A stretch of DNA of 64,000 nt from Vicugna vicugna. Its lineage: Eukaryota. The position numbers were made by a program, and so were the translations under genes. The stretch covers positions 2,121,370-2,185,369 of the forward strand of contig MU057744.1 in NCBI GenBank assembly GCA_013265495.1, given 5' to 3'. Positions 34,192 to 46,175 of the stretch are shown piece by piece (position 1 is the first letter of the stretch; each line of letters opens with the position of its first letter). The notes under the pieces are model-generated. The model worked only from the letters and a program-made list of their open reading frames with translations, was not told the origin of the DNA and did no database searches.

Positions 34192-36017
34192 GAAAATGGG
34201 CATGTCTTAAACTGCATTGTAACATTGGTTTTCATTGTCATAATTATTTTTTAAATTTTAATTTATGCCGTTTTAGAAAAGGTGTTGCAACGTGGCAAAG
34301 ACAATAAATGTAATCATACAGGACATGTTATCTCCAGTGACTTTAGCACCTGTCAATTAGTTAATGAAGTATCACTTTTATGTGTTGGTGGTGTAATATC
34401 CCAGTACACAGAAGAACAGTTCCTATGAGTGAGCCATACTGAATGTTATAAATGTCTGATGTCAAAGTACTGTAGTCCTGTGGGGCTGGCGTAGCATTCT
34501 TCAAGAATCACATCAAGTGTGACCTTTTGCTTTTAAACCTTCCCTAGCTCCCAAAGGCGACTTGGTGTTTTTTTTTTGTTTTGTTTTGTTTTTTGGCGTG
34601 TGGTCTATTACAGCAGTTAAATTCTCAAGTTGAAATGATATATACCTTTCTTCTCTAGGACAACAGGTATAGTGATGAATCAGAATTTCTATTGTAAACA
34701 TTTTGAATCAAGTATTCTAAAATATTGGCCAATACTTGTCACATCAACTCTCATCAAATACTCACCTAAAGTAACAGATAACACTTTCGCTTTGAAGTTT
34801 CTGAAGCTGTCATCCACTACTCAGGTATAGGTAGTGATGTGAACGGCATTGGCGTCGTGTTGTGGCAAAACATATGTTACCAAATATAAGAGAGTATGTT
34901 CCTAACAGCCTGGAGTGATGGAGGTTGGCGTGTGATTTTTTAAAAAATATTCAGATAAGAATAAATGCTAATGTTACCTTTTCAAAACAGTAATCAGTTA
35001 AGCAAAGGTGGCATTTTTATTCCTAATAATTATGAGCAGCATTAGGAAAATGAGCTTATCAGAACAAATTAGGGAGATGAGCCTCTTAGTCGAATTGCCC
35101 ATTTTGGGTCATTTTCTCATTCTTTTGTTTTTCTTCCTAAACGTGTATCCTCTGTTCTCTTTATGTTCCTGTCTTTCCTCTTCCTTTGAAATCTAATTTC
35201 TAGGAAGATAGGATTTGCATCTTCTTCAGTTTCGCCTCCTTACTTGTATACATAGCAAACCCTGAGGAATTCTGAGCAAGGATTAAAGCGCAGCTCTGAA
35301 ACGATTTTGTAACCTTGGTTACGCTCCGTCAGTAACTACCATATGACCAAGTGAGCAATTTCTACACTTGGGTTTTTTGCTACTTCCATCCTTGCATCCT
35401 ATAAAAAAAAATGCCACCACCTACCAGCTTCCTGAACATTGACATTCTTTATGTGATCGTCAACAGCCCTTCCTCCTCCCTCCTGTCACTGCTTTTAGCG
35501 CCACATGTTTTCTGAACGATGGGTGCACCCTGTCCTAACTTCCTCATGCCCGTCCTCACATGCTTCAGTCCACGTCTCTCATGCTTCATGCGTCCTCACC
35601 CCCTCGGCAAAACTGTCTCGTCAGGGTCTCCATGTGGTTTTCATACTGTCACATCTGGTGGTCATGTGACAAGATGGTATTCTGACATATTAGGTTTTCT
35701 TGGTTGGGGGGGTGTGTGTACGTATGTTTGGCATTACTTCCTATTAGCTCTGCCTTTCCCTAGTTCAATCGTAGCAAGGCATTCTGTACTTGCTCTCTTC
35801 CAGGTGGGATGGTTTAATAGACATGCACAGTGGAGGTTTTGATATTGAAACCCATCTACCTTTAGATAGAGCTTTGAAATCCACAGAGAGGAAGTTGTTT
35901 GAAATAAATATTTGTGAGTTCCAAAAGCTTAGTATTTGAATATCAAAAATGGAGCCTTAAAGACCTGGTGATTTTATCTTTAATCTCCCTATCTTCATTT
36001 TATACCTAAAATGACTC

Positions 36018-36326
36018 CTCTTGTAGGGGAGGGATAAATTAGAAGTTTGGGATTAACAGATACAGGTGACTATATGTAAAATAGATAAACAACAAGGACC
36101 TACTGTACAGCACAAGGAGCTATATTCAATTTCTTGTAATAAGCTATACTGGAAAAGAATCTGAAAAAAATGTATTTGTATAATTGAATTACTTTGCTGT
36201 ACACTTGAAAGTAACACTGTACATCAACTACACTTAAGAAAAAAATTAAAATAAATAAATAAAAGGATTCAGGTATTAAAAAATTGCCACTTTGATGAGT
36301 ATTCAAAATTAAAAAAATAACATAAA
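36018..36326 (+). mobile_element. LINE-1 3' UTR (L1_Art-like) with extended double-A tail
   Basis: 'gggagggataaattagaagtttgggattaacagatac...aacaaggacctactgtacagcac'; candidate TSD TAAAATGACTC (36007-36017) / TAAAGTGACTC (36327-36337). Confidence 0.88.
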
Positions 36327-36419
36327 TAAAGTGACTCTGTTTTGCTCAGCCTTCATCTGAGCACACTCAACTGCTGACTTGCTTTTCTTGGCTTTCCTCC
36401 ATCAGGAAATAATTTTTTA

Positions 36420-37430
36420 AAAAGCATTTTACATCAAGACTTAAATTGAGGTTTTCATCATTCTTTTCTTAGCACTGGTTACATTTTAAGTTTCAGTTAT
36501 TGTGTTTTAGTTCTAAAATACTCATATGACTATTTAATTCTTTTTATTAAAGATTCCAGCTTTCTAGTGAATTTCCCCATCTTTTCATTTTTTTTAAACA
36601 CAGGAAACTAATTATATTTACTTTAAATGATGTGTGTGACAACCCCAGCATGTGAATAATCTATGGGTCTGTTGTCTTTGTTGTCTTCAATCATTTTAGT
36701 CTATCTTCTGGCACTCTTGGCAATTTTTAATGCTTTTTTTTTTAACATTTTTTATTGATTTATAATCATTTTACAATGTTGTGTCAAATTCCAGTGTAGA
36801 GCACAATTTTTCAGTTATACATGAACATATATATACATTCATTGTCACATTTTTTTCTGTGTGAGCTACCGTAAGATCTTGTGTATATTTCCCTATGCTA
36901 TACAGTATAATCTTGTTTATCTATTTGTAAATATATATAAATATTGAGACTTCGGATGATATTACACCCTTTTAGATGAAGTTTTACAGATTTCTGGCAG
37001 TCAGAGTAAGGGAAGAGTATCAAACGTGGAGGCTGAGCTGCTTGATGCTGGGTATCAATTTTTTTGAAGGCTTATCTATTTCAAAGTCCTTGTCCATCCA
37101 CAGTGGAGCCCTATCAGAGTTCCTAACTGGAATTCTATTTTTGTTTGTTGTTTGTTTGTTTCTTGTTTGTTTTCCTACCCTGTCCTCTGAAGCAACTCCT
37201 CAGTCTCATAGATTCTTTGTCCCAAGCCAAGACTACCTCAAGGGGACGAGCCGCATGGGATAATGGGTTTAACTCGATGTTCTTCTCATCTCTCTGGGAT
37301 CTAACTTTATTGAATTTAAAATTGGTTGATTCCGCAGACAGGTGGGACTGCCCAAAGCTCAGCTCTAGACACTGTCCCCCTAGACACCACTTTCTGTGAG
37401 CGTCCTAGTCACTGCATACAAATCAGCAGG
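36420..37430 (-). mobile_element. Ancient L1M 5'/ORF1-region fragment, interrupted by a young L1
   Basis: T-rich antisense ORF1-like sequence 'atttcagttattgtgttttagttctaaaatactc...tttactttaaatgatgtgtgtgacaaccccagcatgtgaataatctatgggtctgtt'. Confidence 0.55.
36733..36926 (-). mobile_element. Young LINE-1 3' end
   Basis: Poly-T then 'aacattttttattgatttataatcattttacaatgttgtgtcaaattccagtgtagagcac'; nearly identical to 40465-40650. Confidence 0.92.
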
Positions 37431-37444
37431 TATCTCTAAAATTA

Positions 37445-38053
37445 TAAGGAAAAAATTGGAAAGTTTCAACATATGCTTATGATTAAACAAAAACCTCTTA
37501 GCCATCCTGGTTTATTTATAAAAGAACTTCCCTGACCTGGTTAATGTTATGTGCCAAAGGTCTACATCCAATATTAATGGAAATTAATTAACATCTTAAT
37601 GGAAAACATTTAGCTAGACTCATTTCCTTTCAGACTGGGAGTAACATTAGGGTGTCCACTGTTTTACCCACTATTAAACATTTACAAGATATCTTGGACA
37701 CTGGTGGTAGGAATAAAAATAAATATATTTATATTTGATAGGACTACCTAAATAGGGGGAAAAATATAACTGGATTAACAGTTAAAACAATAGAACTGAT
37801 CAATGAGTTCTGTCAGTAAGGGTGCCAGCTTTGAATCTATAAAAATCAATAATTCTTTACACTGGCAAAGTCAACTAAAAATTGTAATAAAACAAAGTTA
37901 TTTTTCACAATAGTAAGAAACAACAAAAAGTGCCTAGGAATTGACTTACTCTGTAGCAAATAGAATCTCTGTGAACAAAATCTTGATCGCTAATAAGATA
38001 CATAGCAGATAATTTGAATAAATGGAGTAACTGTTTATTTCCTTGGATGAGAT

Positions 38054-38095
<42 letters not shown>

Positions 38096-38445
38096 GTGAT
38101 ATTTATATTACATATATATTTATATTTGTGTACTATAAAAAGACCAAATCTATAAATGTAATTCAACCCCAAATTTTTGCAGAATTTTATAAATTTACTT
38201 AAAAAATTCTATTGAAGAATGATTCCAGGAATAACTCAATGCATCTTAAAAAAGATGAGTGGGAGAGGGAACCAGCCTACCAGATATTAAGTAATTCTAT
38301 AAAGCAAAGCAGGTACAGTAGAATAGAGTTGGTATAAGAACAGACAAATGGGCAATATGGAAGAATTGATAGCTTACAGATCGAGTCATTTATATTTGAA
38401 ACTAAATGTAAAATAAATGTTGCATCTTCCTCAAGTTGATAAGAA
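37445..38445 (+). mobile_element. Ancient L1M ORF2 fragment, containing a (TA)n(CA)n microsatellite at ~38055-38095
   Basis: A-rich decayed ORF2-like sequence ('tagaactgatcaatgagttctgtcagt', 'ttgaataaatggagtaactgt', 'agcctaccagatattaagtaattctataaagc'). Confidence 0.7.
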
Positions 38446-38449
38446 AAGA

Positions 38450-39025
38450 CATTGGGAGAATGAATAAATAAACTGTGGTATATCCAGACAATAGAGTATT
38501 ATTTAAGACTAAAAAGAAACAGGCTCTCAAGACATTAAAAGACTTGGAGGAGTCTTAAAAGCATGTTAATTGAAGGGAGCCAGTCTGAAAAGGTTGCATA
38601 CTATTCAATTCAAACTGTATGACATTCTGGAAAAGCTAAAACTACGGAGACAATAGAAAGATCATTGGTTGCCAAGGGTTGGGTGGAGGGAGAGGGGTAA
38701 ATAGGTGAATTACAGAAGATTTTTAGGGCAGTTAAAATATTCTTTTTGATACCATAATGATGGATACATGATATCACGTATTTGTCCAAAATCCATGGAC
38801 TATACACTGCCAAGAATGAACTATAATGTAAATTATGGACTTTGAATGAGTGTGATGTTTCCGTGTAGGTTTGTCAGTTGTAACTAATGCACCACTCCTG
38901 TGCGTTGTATTGATCGTGGGGGAGGCTGTGTGTGTGTACGGCGGGGGGCAGGGAGTGTATGGAGCAATCTCTGCACCTTCCCTTCAGTTTTGCTGTAGAC
39001 CTAAGACAGTTCAAAAAAAGTCATC
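38450..39025 (+). mobile_element. L1MC1/2-like 3' end
   Basis: 'ataaactgtggtatatccagacaatagagtattatt...gacattctggaaaagctaaaactacggagacaatagaaagatcattggttgccaaggg...cagttttgctgtagacctaagacagttc'. Confidence 0.88.
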
Positions 39026-39469
39026 TTAGTAAAATACAGTAAAATAGATTGCCACCAATTCCAAATGAGTGGCACTATTAAATTTTATGGCACCACCCAG
39101 GTGTAATGACTGTGACTATTTTAGCCTACTTTCTGACAGATTTTTCTCTACATGTGAATATTTTACACACACAAATGCACAAAATTTCAAAGGCTCAGAC
39201 AAAAAAAGTAAAAAGTTGATTAATTTGGTTACCACAAAATTAAGGATTTATATTAAACATAATTCCATGAACAGAGTTAATTCCTAGAACTGGAGAAAAT
39301 ATTTTCCATGTCTAAATTAGACATGATATTAATCTCTACGATTTCCAAGGCACATCTGTGAATCACAAGGAAAACCAATAGGACAGGAACAGACAATTTA
39401 TAGGAGAAAAATCATCACCCAACTCTTTCCCATCACTTTCCCGTGGCCTCAGACCCAAGCCCATGACCT

Positions 39470-40102
39470 GATGGCTTCTCCTCATAACCATCTGTGGTCT
39501 GCCCCATTAGCTGGTGTCCATTTTATTCAGTGATCTAAAGACTCCAATGACTCCCTTCTGCTTGTAGATTGAAGATTAAATCCTTTGGTCAGACATTTAA
39601 GATCCCTTACCATCTGAACCTCATTACCTCTTCCAACTTTCTTTCTCAATAGTTCCTAAAATAGAGGGTGGCATTGCGCCAAATTTGATGACATTCAAGT
39701 TCAACCAAAATTTCTTTTCTACCTCCTTGCATTTTCTTAAGTCACTCACTCTGATTAAATTTCCTCATCTTCTCCTTTAGTCTTTGGAAGTGTCCTCATT
39801 GCTTAAGATCTTCCTTGGGTGTCACATCCTACATGAAAATTTTCCAAATTCTGTTTATGGGGAAGAATTGTGCTCCATTGGCACCAGTCAGTTGGCTCTT
39901 AATTATTCTTGCTTCCGTAATCATTGCTTGTATAATTGTCTTATCTCCTTTAGTGGATTGTAACCCCTTTTTGGACAAGCACCCAGTCTTAATCATTTTA
40001 AAACCCATCAGTGAGCCACATGGCTTGCACAAAAGGCTTAATAAATATTTGTTGAGGAAATTCGTTGTTGGATAAGTAAATGAGTAAATGTTTGAGTGAA
40101 TT
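39470..40102 (+). mobile_element. L2 3' portion
   Basis: 'ctccaatgactcccttctgcttgtagattgaagattaaatcc...tagtggattgtaacccc...ttaataaatatttgttgagg...gtaaatgagtaaatg'. Confidence 0.7.
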
Positions 40103-40395
40103 TAGTAAAGGCTGGAATTTTGTATCAGCAGCCAATGTTTATGATTCTCAAATGCACTAAGACATTATAATTTTAAATATGTGTATATGTGAACACATTA
40201 TAATATATAATATATATACATCCATAATTTTAAAATCACAGGCACAGAGGAAGATCAGATTTTTTTTAGAACTTATATATTAAAAATAACATTATATATT
40301 AGTACTGTTATATTTTTAGTAAAACTCACTTATATGGTATTCTAAAAATATGTATACATATTAAAAAGTTTATTCCCTTTTGGATGGTCTCCTTT

Positions 40396-41573
40396 ATTTA
40401 TTTATTTATTTTTAGTATACTTCAGTCACCTAATCTTTATTTTTTATTTTTTTATTTTTATTTTTTTAATATTTTTTATTGATTTATAATCATTTTACAA
40501 TGTTATGTCAAATTCCAGTGTAGAGCACAATTTTTCAGTTATACATGAACATATATATATATTCATTGTCACATTTTTCTTTGTGTGAGCTACCATAAGA
40601 TCTTGTGTATATTTCCCTGTACTATACAGTGTAATCTTGTTTATCTATTCTACAATTTTAAAATCCCGTCTACCCCTTCCAACCCTCCACCCACTTGGCA
40701 ACCACAAGTTTGTATTCTATGTCTATGAGTTTATTTCTGTTTTGTATTTATGCTTTTGTTTTTGTTTTTGTTTTTTAGGTTCCACATATGAGTGATCTCA
40801 TATGGTATTTTTCTTTCTCTTTCTGGTTTACTTCACTTAGAATGACATTCTCCAGGAGCATCCATGTTGCTGCAAATGGCATTATGTTGTCATTTTTGTG
40901 GCTCAATAGTATTCCATTGTATAAATATACCACCTCTTCTTTATCCAGTCATCTGTTGATGGACATTTAGGCTGTTTCCATGTCTTGGCTCTTGTAAATA
41001 GTGCTGCTATGAATATTGGGGTGCAGGTGTCATGCTGAAGTAGGGTTCCTTCTGGATATAAGCCCAGGAGCAGGATTCCTGGGTCATACGATAAGTCTAT
41101 TCCTAGTCTTTTGAGGAATCTCCACACTGTTTTCCACAGTGGCTGCACCAAACTGCATTCCCACCAGCAGTGGAGGAGGGTTCCCTTTTCTCCACAGCCT
41201 CTCCCGCATTTGTCGTTTGTGGACTTTTGAATGATGGCCATTCTGACTGGTGTGAGGAGATACCTCACTATAGTTTTGATTTGCATTTCTCTGATAATTA
41301 GTGATAATGAGCATTTTTTCATGTGCCTATTGATCATTTGTATGTCTTCCTTGGAGAATTGCTTGTTCAGGTCTTTTGTCCATCTTTGGATTGGGTTGTC
41401 TGGTTGTCACCTAATCTTTATTTTTTTAAGAAGTTTTTTTGTTCGTTTTGCTTACTTTTTGTGGGGGGGTAATTAGGTTTATACATTTATTTTTAATGAA
41501 GGTACTAGGGATTGAACCTAGGACCCCATGCATGTTAGGCATGCGCTCTACCACTCAGATTCGCCCTCCCCTC
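40396..41573 (-). mobile_element. tRNA-derived SINE (Vic-1-like) split by an L1 in its tail (head ~41421-41573, distal tail 40396-40424)
   Basis: Head 'ggtactagggattgaacctaggaccccatgcatgttaggcatgcgctctaccactcag'; outer TSD GATGGTCTC(C/T)TTT at 40383-40395 / 41574-41586. Confidence 0.88.
40440..41405 (-). mobile_element. Young 5'-truncated LINE-1 (~965 bp; ORF2 C-terminal domain plus 3' UTR)
   Basis: ORF 40903-41337 reads REMQIKT...[22 protein letters not shown], the ORF2p cysteine-rich domain; perfect TSD GTCACCTAATCTTTA (40425-40439 / 41406-41420). Confidence 0.96.
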
Positions 41574-42542
41574 GATGGTCTCTTTTAAACGCACATAAAG
41601 AATCATACCCGAAGGCACTGGACTTGAGAACACATCGCCCTGAGTCACTGCACTCTCACTGGATCTTGATTAGGGATAGGGTGCATGTATTAATCAGTTT
41701 TTCCCTCTATTTTTGGAAAGTGTAGCATCTGTAGCAAATACTGATGCATCACCGAAGGAAGTGAAGTTGAAACAAAATGTATAGCCTATTGGGACAGTAA
41801 TAGTCTAGGGGGTGATGCACTTCCAGTATAATAAATATCAAGAGATTGTTGTTGTTTTGAGTCACAACAAAAGCAAAGTCCCCCTTCCACAGCTGGGCTT
41901 ACAACCTTGTTTACTGCCTTTGCCATTTGCCATTCAGTTTACTACGTAGTGATTGTCTCCTACGATGAGAAACAGAAAATCCTCCTCTGAGCAATGTCGT
42001 GCTGTCACCCAGCTCTTTCCAGGGGGAAAGTGAGATCAGACCAGGCTATTAAAATGAAGTAGCACTGTTAGACGTTCAAAGAAGGTGGATATATGGACTT
42101 TCCCGCAGCTCTGTGGCATGAGCAGCAGCACGAAACCTCAGGCTTTGCCCTAGAAGAACGAGTTACACACGTGACTCCCTTTCCTGAGTGCCGTGTCCTG
42201 TCTCCTCCTGTCAGCGTGAAAACAGCTGCCCTGAAACAACAAAACAGGTTGCGTGAGAGAGAGCAAATGTCTGTCGTGATTAAGCAAATCAAGAAACACT
42301 GAAATAGGAAACAGATCAAGTTTACCCTTACTTTGAATTGCTCTTCTACAGAGGTGCAAAAAGATTTGGCAGTCCGTAATGTGGAGATGAACTGTGAACT
42401 TTCACTCGTCTAGATCAGATCTCCGAGGGCCTGTGGAATTACGTAACCCAGAAGGTACAGTTACATGCTCTGCCAATCCAGTCTGCTGCCGAGGCTTCCA
42501 TTCTGCAGGAAGCATCTATTCGCTTTATAAATTAATCAGGCT

Positions 42543-43063
42543 TGTTACCGAGTCCAGACTCTTTCTGCTCTCCGCATGACAGGGCAATAAATCAGGAGAC
42601 AAGGTGTTGGGGCAAGGAGTAACAACTTTATTCAGAAAGCCAGCTGACCGAGAAGACGGGAGCCTAATGTCCTGGAGAACCATCTTCCCCAGGTCAGAAC
42701 TCAGGCTCCTTCTATACCAAAAAGGGGGGGAGGGTGCGGTTGGTTGTTGCAAACTTCTTGGTGTCAGAATCCTTTGCTCTTGCAGCTGTCCAGGTAGGTC
42801 AGGTCAGGATTTCCTTGTGAACCTCCAGCAAGACAAGTGTTATTTTCTATTCTGCAACTATTTATCTCTATATGAATGCAAAAGTGTTCTACTTTTAAAG
42901 GTCAGAGCTTTGAGAATGGGCTCTCCTGTGTCTTTCAGGCTCCAGGCAACATTCTTTTACAAAAGGTGCAGAACCAGCAGGACTCAGCCCAGGAAACAGA
43001 GCACAGGGTCAGAGCCAAAGGAACAGGTCTAATATGCAGTCAGGTTTGTTCTTCCTTATCACA
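42543..43063 (-). mobile_element. Solo ERV1 LTR, MER41-like (same family as 6913-7431)
   Basis: TG...CA termini; reverse complement aligns to 6913-7431; near-TSD GGCT/AGCT. Confidence 0.87.
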
Positions 43064-43238
43064 AGCTCTCAAAGTTTGTGTTGATTGACTTGTATCTTAG
43101 TCTCTCGTTACATTGAGAAGTGACTTGAAGTATTTTACAACATAAACACAAATATGAAAGTTAAAAATAAAGACTGCAGTCAAGAAAATATTAAGATGAA
43201 ATATTAAGATAAATAATGTAATAAAAAAGAAATACCAG

Positions 43239-43315
43239 AAGTTGACACAACATTGTAAACTGACTATATTTCAATAAAAGGAAAAGGACTTTATTGAATT
43301 AAAAAAAAGAAGAAG
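43239..43315 (+). mobile_element. Ultra-short LINE-1 3' terminus with extended tail
   Basis: 'aagttgacacaacattgtaaactgactatatttcaataaaa'; TSD AAGAAATACCAG (43227-43238) / AAGGAATACCAG (43316-43327). Confidence 0.85.
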
Positions 43316-43458
43316 AAGGAATACCAGGACATCCACAGTGTCACCAGGAAATGGGGAGTGTGGGTGAGGGATCATCCTTTCCCTCCTGGAAGAGGATACA
43401 AAAAGGGAGAGGAGCTCAGAGACCCTGGGAGCAGCTAAAGGTTCCTGGGATCTGAAAC

Positions 43459-43914
43459 TGTAACCCAGCAAGACCCTGTGGGGCCTTCTCAGGACAGACG
43501 GACCCCTCCCGCTACCCTCTGCTGTAGCCCCTCTCTGAAGGACCTGATGCACACTTCTGAGTTGATCTACAGATGCTAAAACCCTCACCAAATGGAAGAA
43601 ATTGACTACTTGATGGCCATGAGCCCCCAGACTTTCTGGTGCCTACAAATTGATCACGTTGATGCCCTGGTGCCTCAACATCTACCAACCGGAGGATTGT
43701 GCACAAGCTGATCACCTGCCCTGCCACCCTCCTCCCTCACCGGGCTTTTAAAAATGTTTCGATGAACCCCTCTGGGAGTCTGGGGTATTTGGGGCACAAG
43801 CCACCCGTTCTCCTTGCTCAGCCAGCAGTAAACCTTCCTCTGCTCCAAACTCCGATGTTCTTGTTTCTTTAGCCTCACTGTGCATTGGGCACATGAACTT
43901 GACATTCGGTAACA
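43459..43914 (+). mobile_element. Solo ERV1-class LTR
   Basis: TGTAAC...GGTAACA termini, TATA-like 'tttaaaaa', 'agtaaaccttcctctgctccaaactcc' poly(A) region; near-TSD AAAC/AAAT. Confidence 0.82.
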
Positions 43915-45802
43915 AAATAATTAAGTTGTAAGACAAACAACTAGTAACGTGCACACCCGTTCTTTATTTTCTCTTTGCGCTCTCTTAGTATTTAGTTATC
44001 TCTTTTAATGGAAACACTCTGCGCTCCTGGGCTCAGGCCCAGTGAACCAAGGGCATAGCAGTGGTGCAGGATAAAGTCTGAAATGCCTAGTCATTTCCAT
44101 CTCCAGGGCCTGTTTTCAGATTTAAAACCAGAGGGTCTGAATCTCCTTCTACTGCTGAAGGTCACATTCCCCCAGAGGGAGAAAGCCTACTGCAAAGAGA
44201 TTGATAACGGAAGGTTATCAGCCTGAATTTCCTGGCAACCAGCACAGAGAAGCATGACTTGCTGAAGAGCTATGTAATCTGAGACAACACTCCACCCCAC
44301 TTTAGAAGAGGCAGATCTTTATTTGGCGCTCCGTTCTAAAAGGATTTTCTTTCTATTTTATTAACATTATAGAAGGATTCTAAATATCAAAATTGGCAAT
44401 ATCTCCAAAGGTAGGTTCGTAGGAGATGCAAACATCAGTTCTTATTTTTGTTTTAAACACAATGAAGTCTACAAAGTTATAATTTCCTGAACTCCATGCT
44501 CTGTGATTATTGGATACTTAAGTCACCTTTTCCTCTAGGCTTGTGTTAAACGGTCTTTCTCAAATATTAATTATCTCCACTCTACTTTGAGATAACCTGT
44601 CTATAAGACGCAAAAGAAATTAATTGAGGAACAAAGATTTCCTTAATTACAAAAATGAATACACATTAAAAAAAGATATTGGAGAAAATGGGAGAAAGAA
44701 ACAGATAATATTTTCAATGAAATTTTTTGTTGTCACACGATATCCTTTCTCGATGTCTGCTGTTTTCCTATTAGAAGTCTTCCAGGTATAGCACACCCTA
44801 ATAATACAGAGTATACTAATTATAATACTAGTAACAGACTATTAATAATTTTGGATGTGTTGGTTATTTCTGAGTGGGCACTTACTGACCACCCTTGCTC
44901 TCACCATCACTATTACCTCAAGTCCATTTAGATGTTGAACATTCTCTCTTTAGGTTCCTGGAATCCTACATTAGGGCGCATCCTTAGAAGATGCATGAAG
45001 GTGGAATAGCCCGCTGCTCCTTACCCAGCGTCTCCACAGGTAAAAATTAATAAAATCAACTTAAAAAGCAGCTGATACAATTTCACAATGAAAACTTTCC
45101 TTTGTGTCAAGTTGTCATTTTGTGAAGACCATAAATACTGAGGGCACCATACATTAAGCGTTCTCTGGTAAGGGCTATGTCATGCTTTTGACGTCGCACG
45201 GGGGTTAATGATGATATTCACCAGCGGTATTTACAGTGCAAACCAAAATTTTTGTCAGAGTTGATTCTCTCATCAACAGATTTCCTAATAAACTTAGTTT
45301 GCTTTCCCTCAAGACAGGGAGCAATGGGATGCTAATTTCATGGTAATTTTGACTTTGATTCCTCGATGCCACTAATTTATTCATTAGCAGTGACATGCCT
45401 TGGACTTTAGAGCAACGCCAAAGGCCTCTAGAGATTGAGTTAATGAGGTCAATCGGATGGAAAGCATGACATGCTCAGTGTTCTGACTCCTTTAAAACAG
45501 TGGAAAGCTCGTACCTAACCCCACTTATTTTAAGGGTAATTATGAGCTTTTCCTGGTTTTATTTGGTAGGATTGATTGCATGACATATTATTGGGAAAGT
45601 TGGAAGTGTTGCTGTTTCTTTGCAAAATCCTCTCAGTAAAGGGAAGAATTTATGGGCCTTGTTATCAATGGCTACAATAAATAGCATTTCCCTTTCATTC
45701 CGTTTTCTCCTTCAGCGTACAATATGTGGCTTATGAATGGGCTTCAAGGGTGAAAGATCTGGTGTAGCTCTGTGTGTGTGTGTGCATGTGCGTGCGCCTG
45801 TG

Positions 45803-46175
45803 TGTGGTGAAGAATTTAACCTCGTCCAAGGAGAGCTTTGGCCTCTGGCCATGTCCTCTGGGAGGTAATCTCTCTGAGCCCTTGGAACATCATTCCTGAC
45901 ACAAGTGTGACAATATGATTTAGGACAGGGGCTGGCCACCCACAACAGATGGTCCCACAGTGTGATCTGGGGCGGGGGCTTTGGTTCACACAGCATCAGC
46001 TTAACCTGTAGAGGGGCTGGACTCTGCGGTGAGCCATGTGGGTGGTCAGCTATGCCTACGTGATGGAGCCTCGGTAACGTCTCTGGACGCTGGGGCTTGT
46101 ATGAGCTTCCCTGGTTGGCACTGCTGAGCACTTACTGTCACACAGTCACGCCAAGAAATGCTGTTTTCCCTGACT
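45803..46175 (+). mobile_element. MER21/MER77-like LTR fragment
   Basis: 'tgtggtgaagaatttaacc...ctgggaggtaatctctctgagcccttggaa...atgcctacgtgatggagcc...gagcttccctggttggca'. Confidence 0.75.

Noticed and set aside
40903..41337. 144-aa ORF as a host gene
   Set aside because: It is the LINE-1 ORF2p C-terminal fragment inside a 5'-truncated, TSD-flanked L1.
42604..43032. 142-aa ORF
   Set aside because: Lies wholly within the antisense strand of a solo LTR; no protein homology recognised.
6913..43063. Full provirus bounded by the two MER41-like LTRs
   Set aside because: The LTRs are in opposite orientation, each has its own near-TSD, and no gag/pol/env sequence was seen between them.
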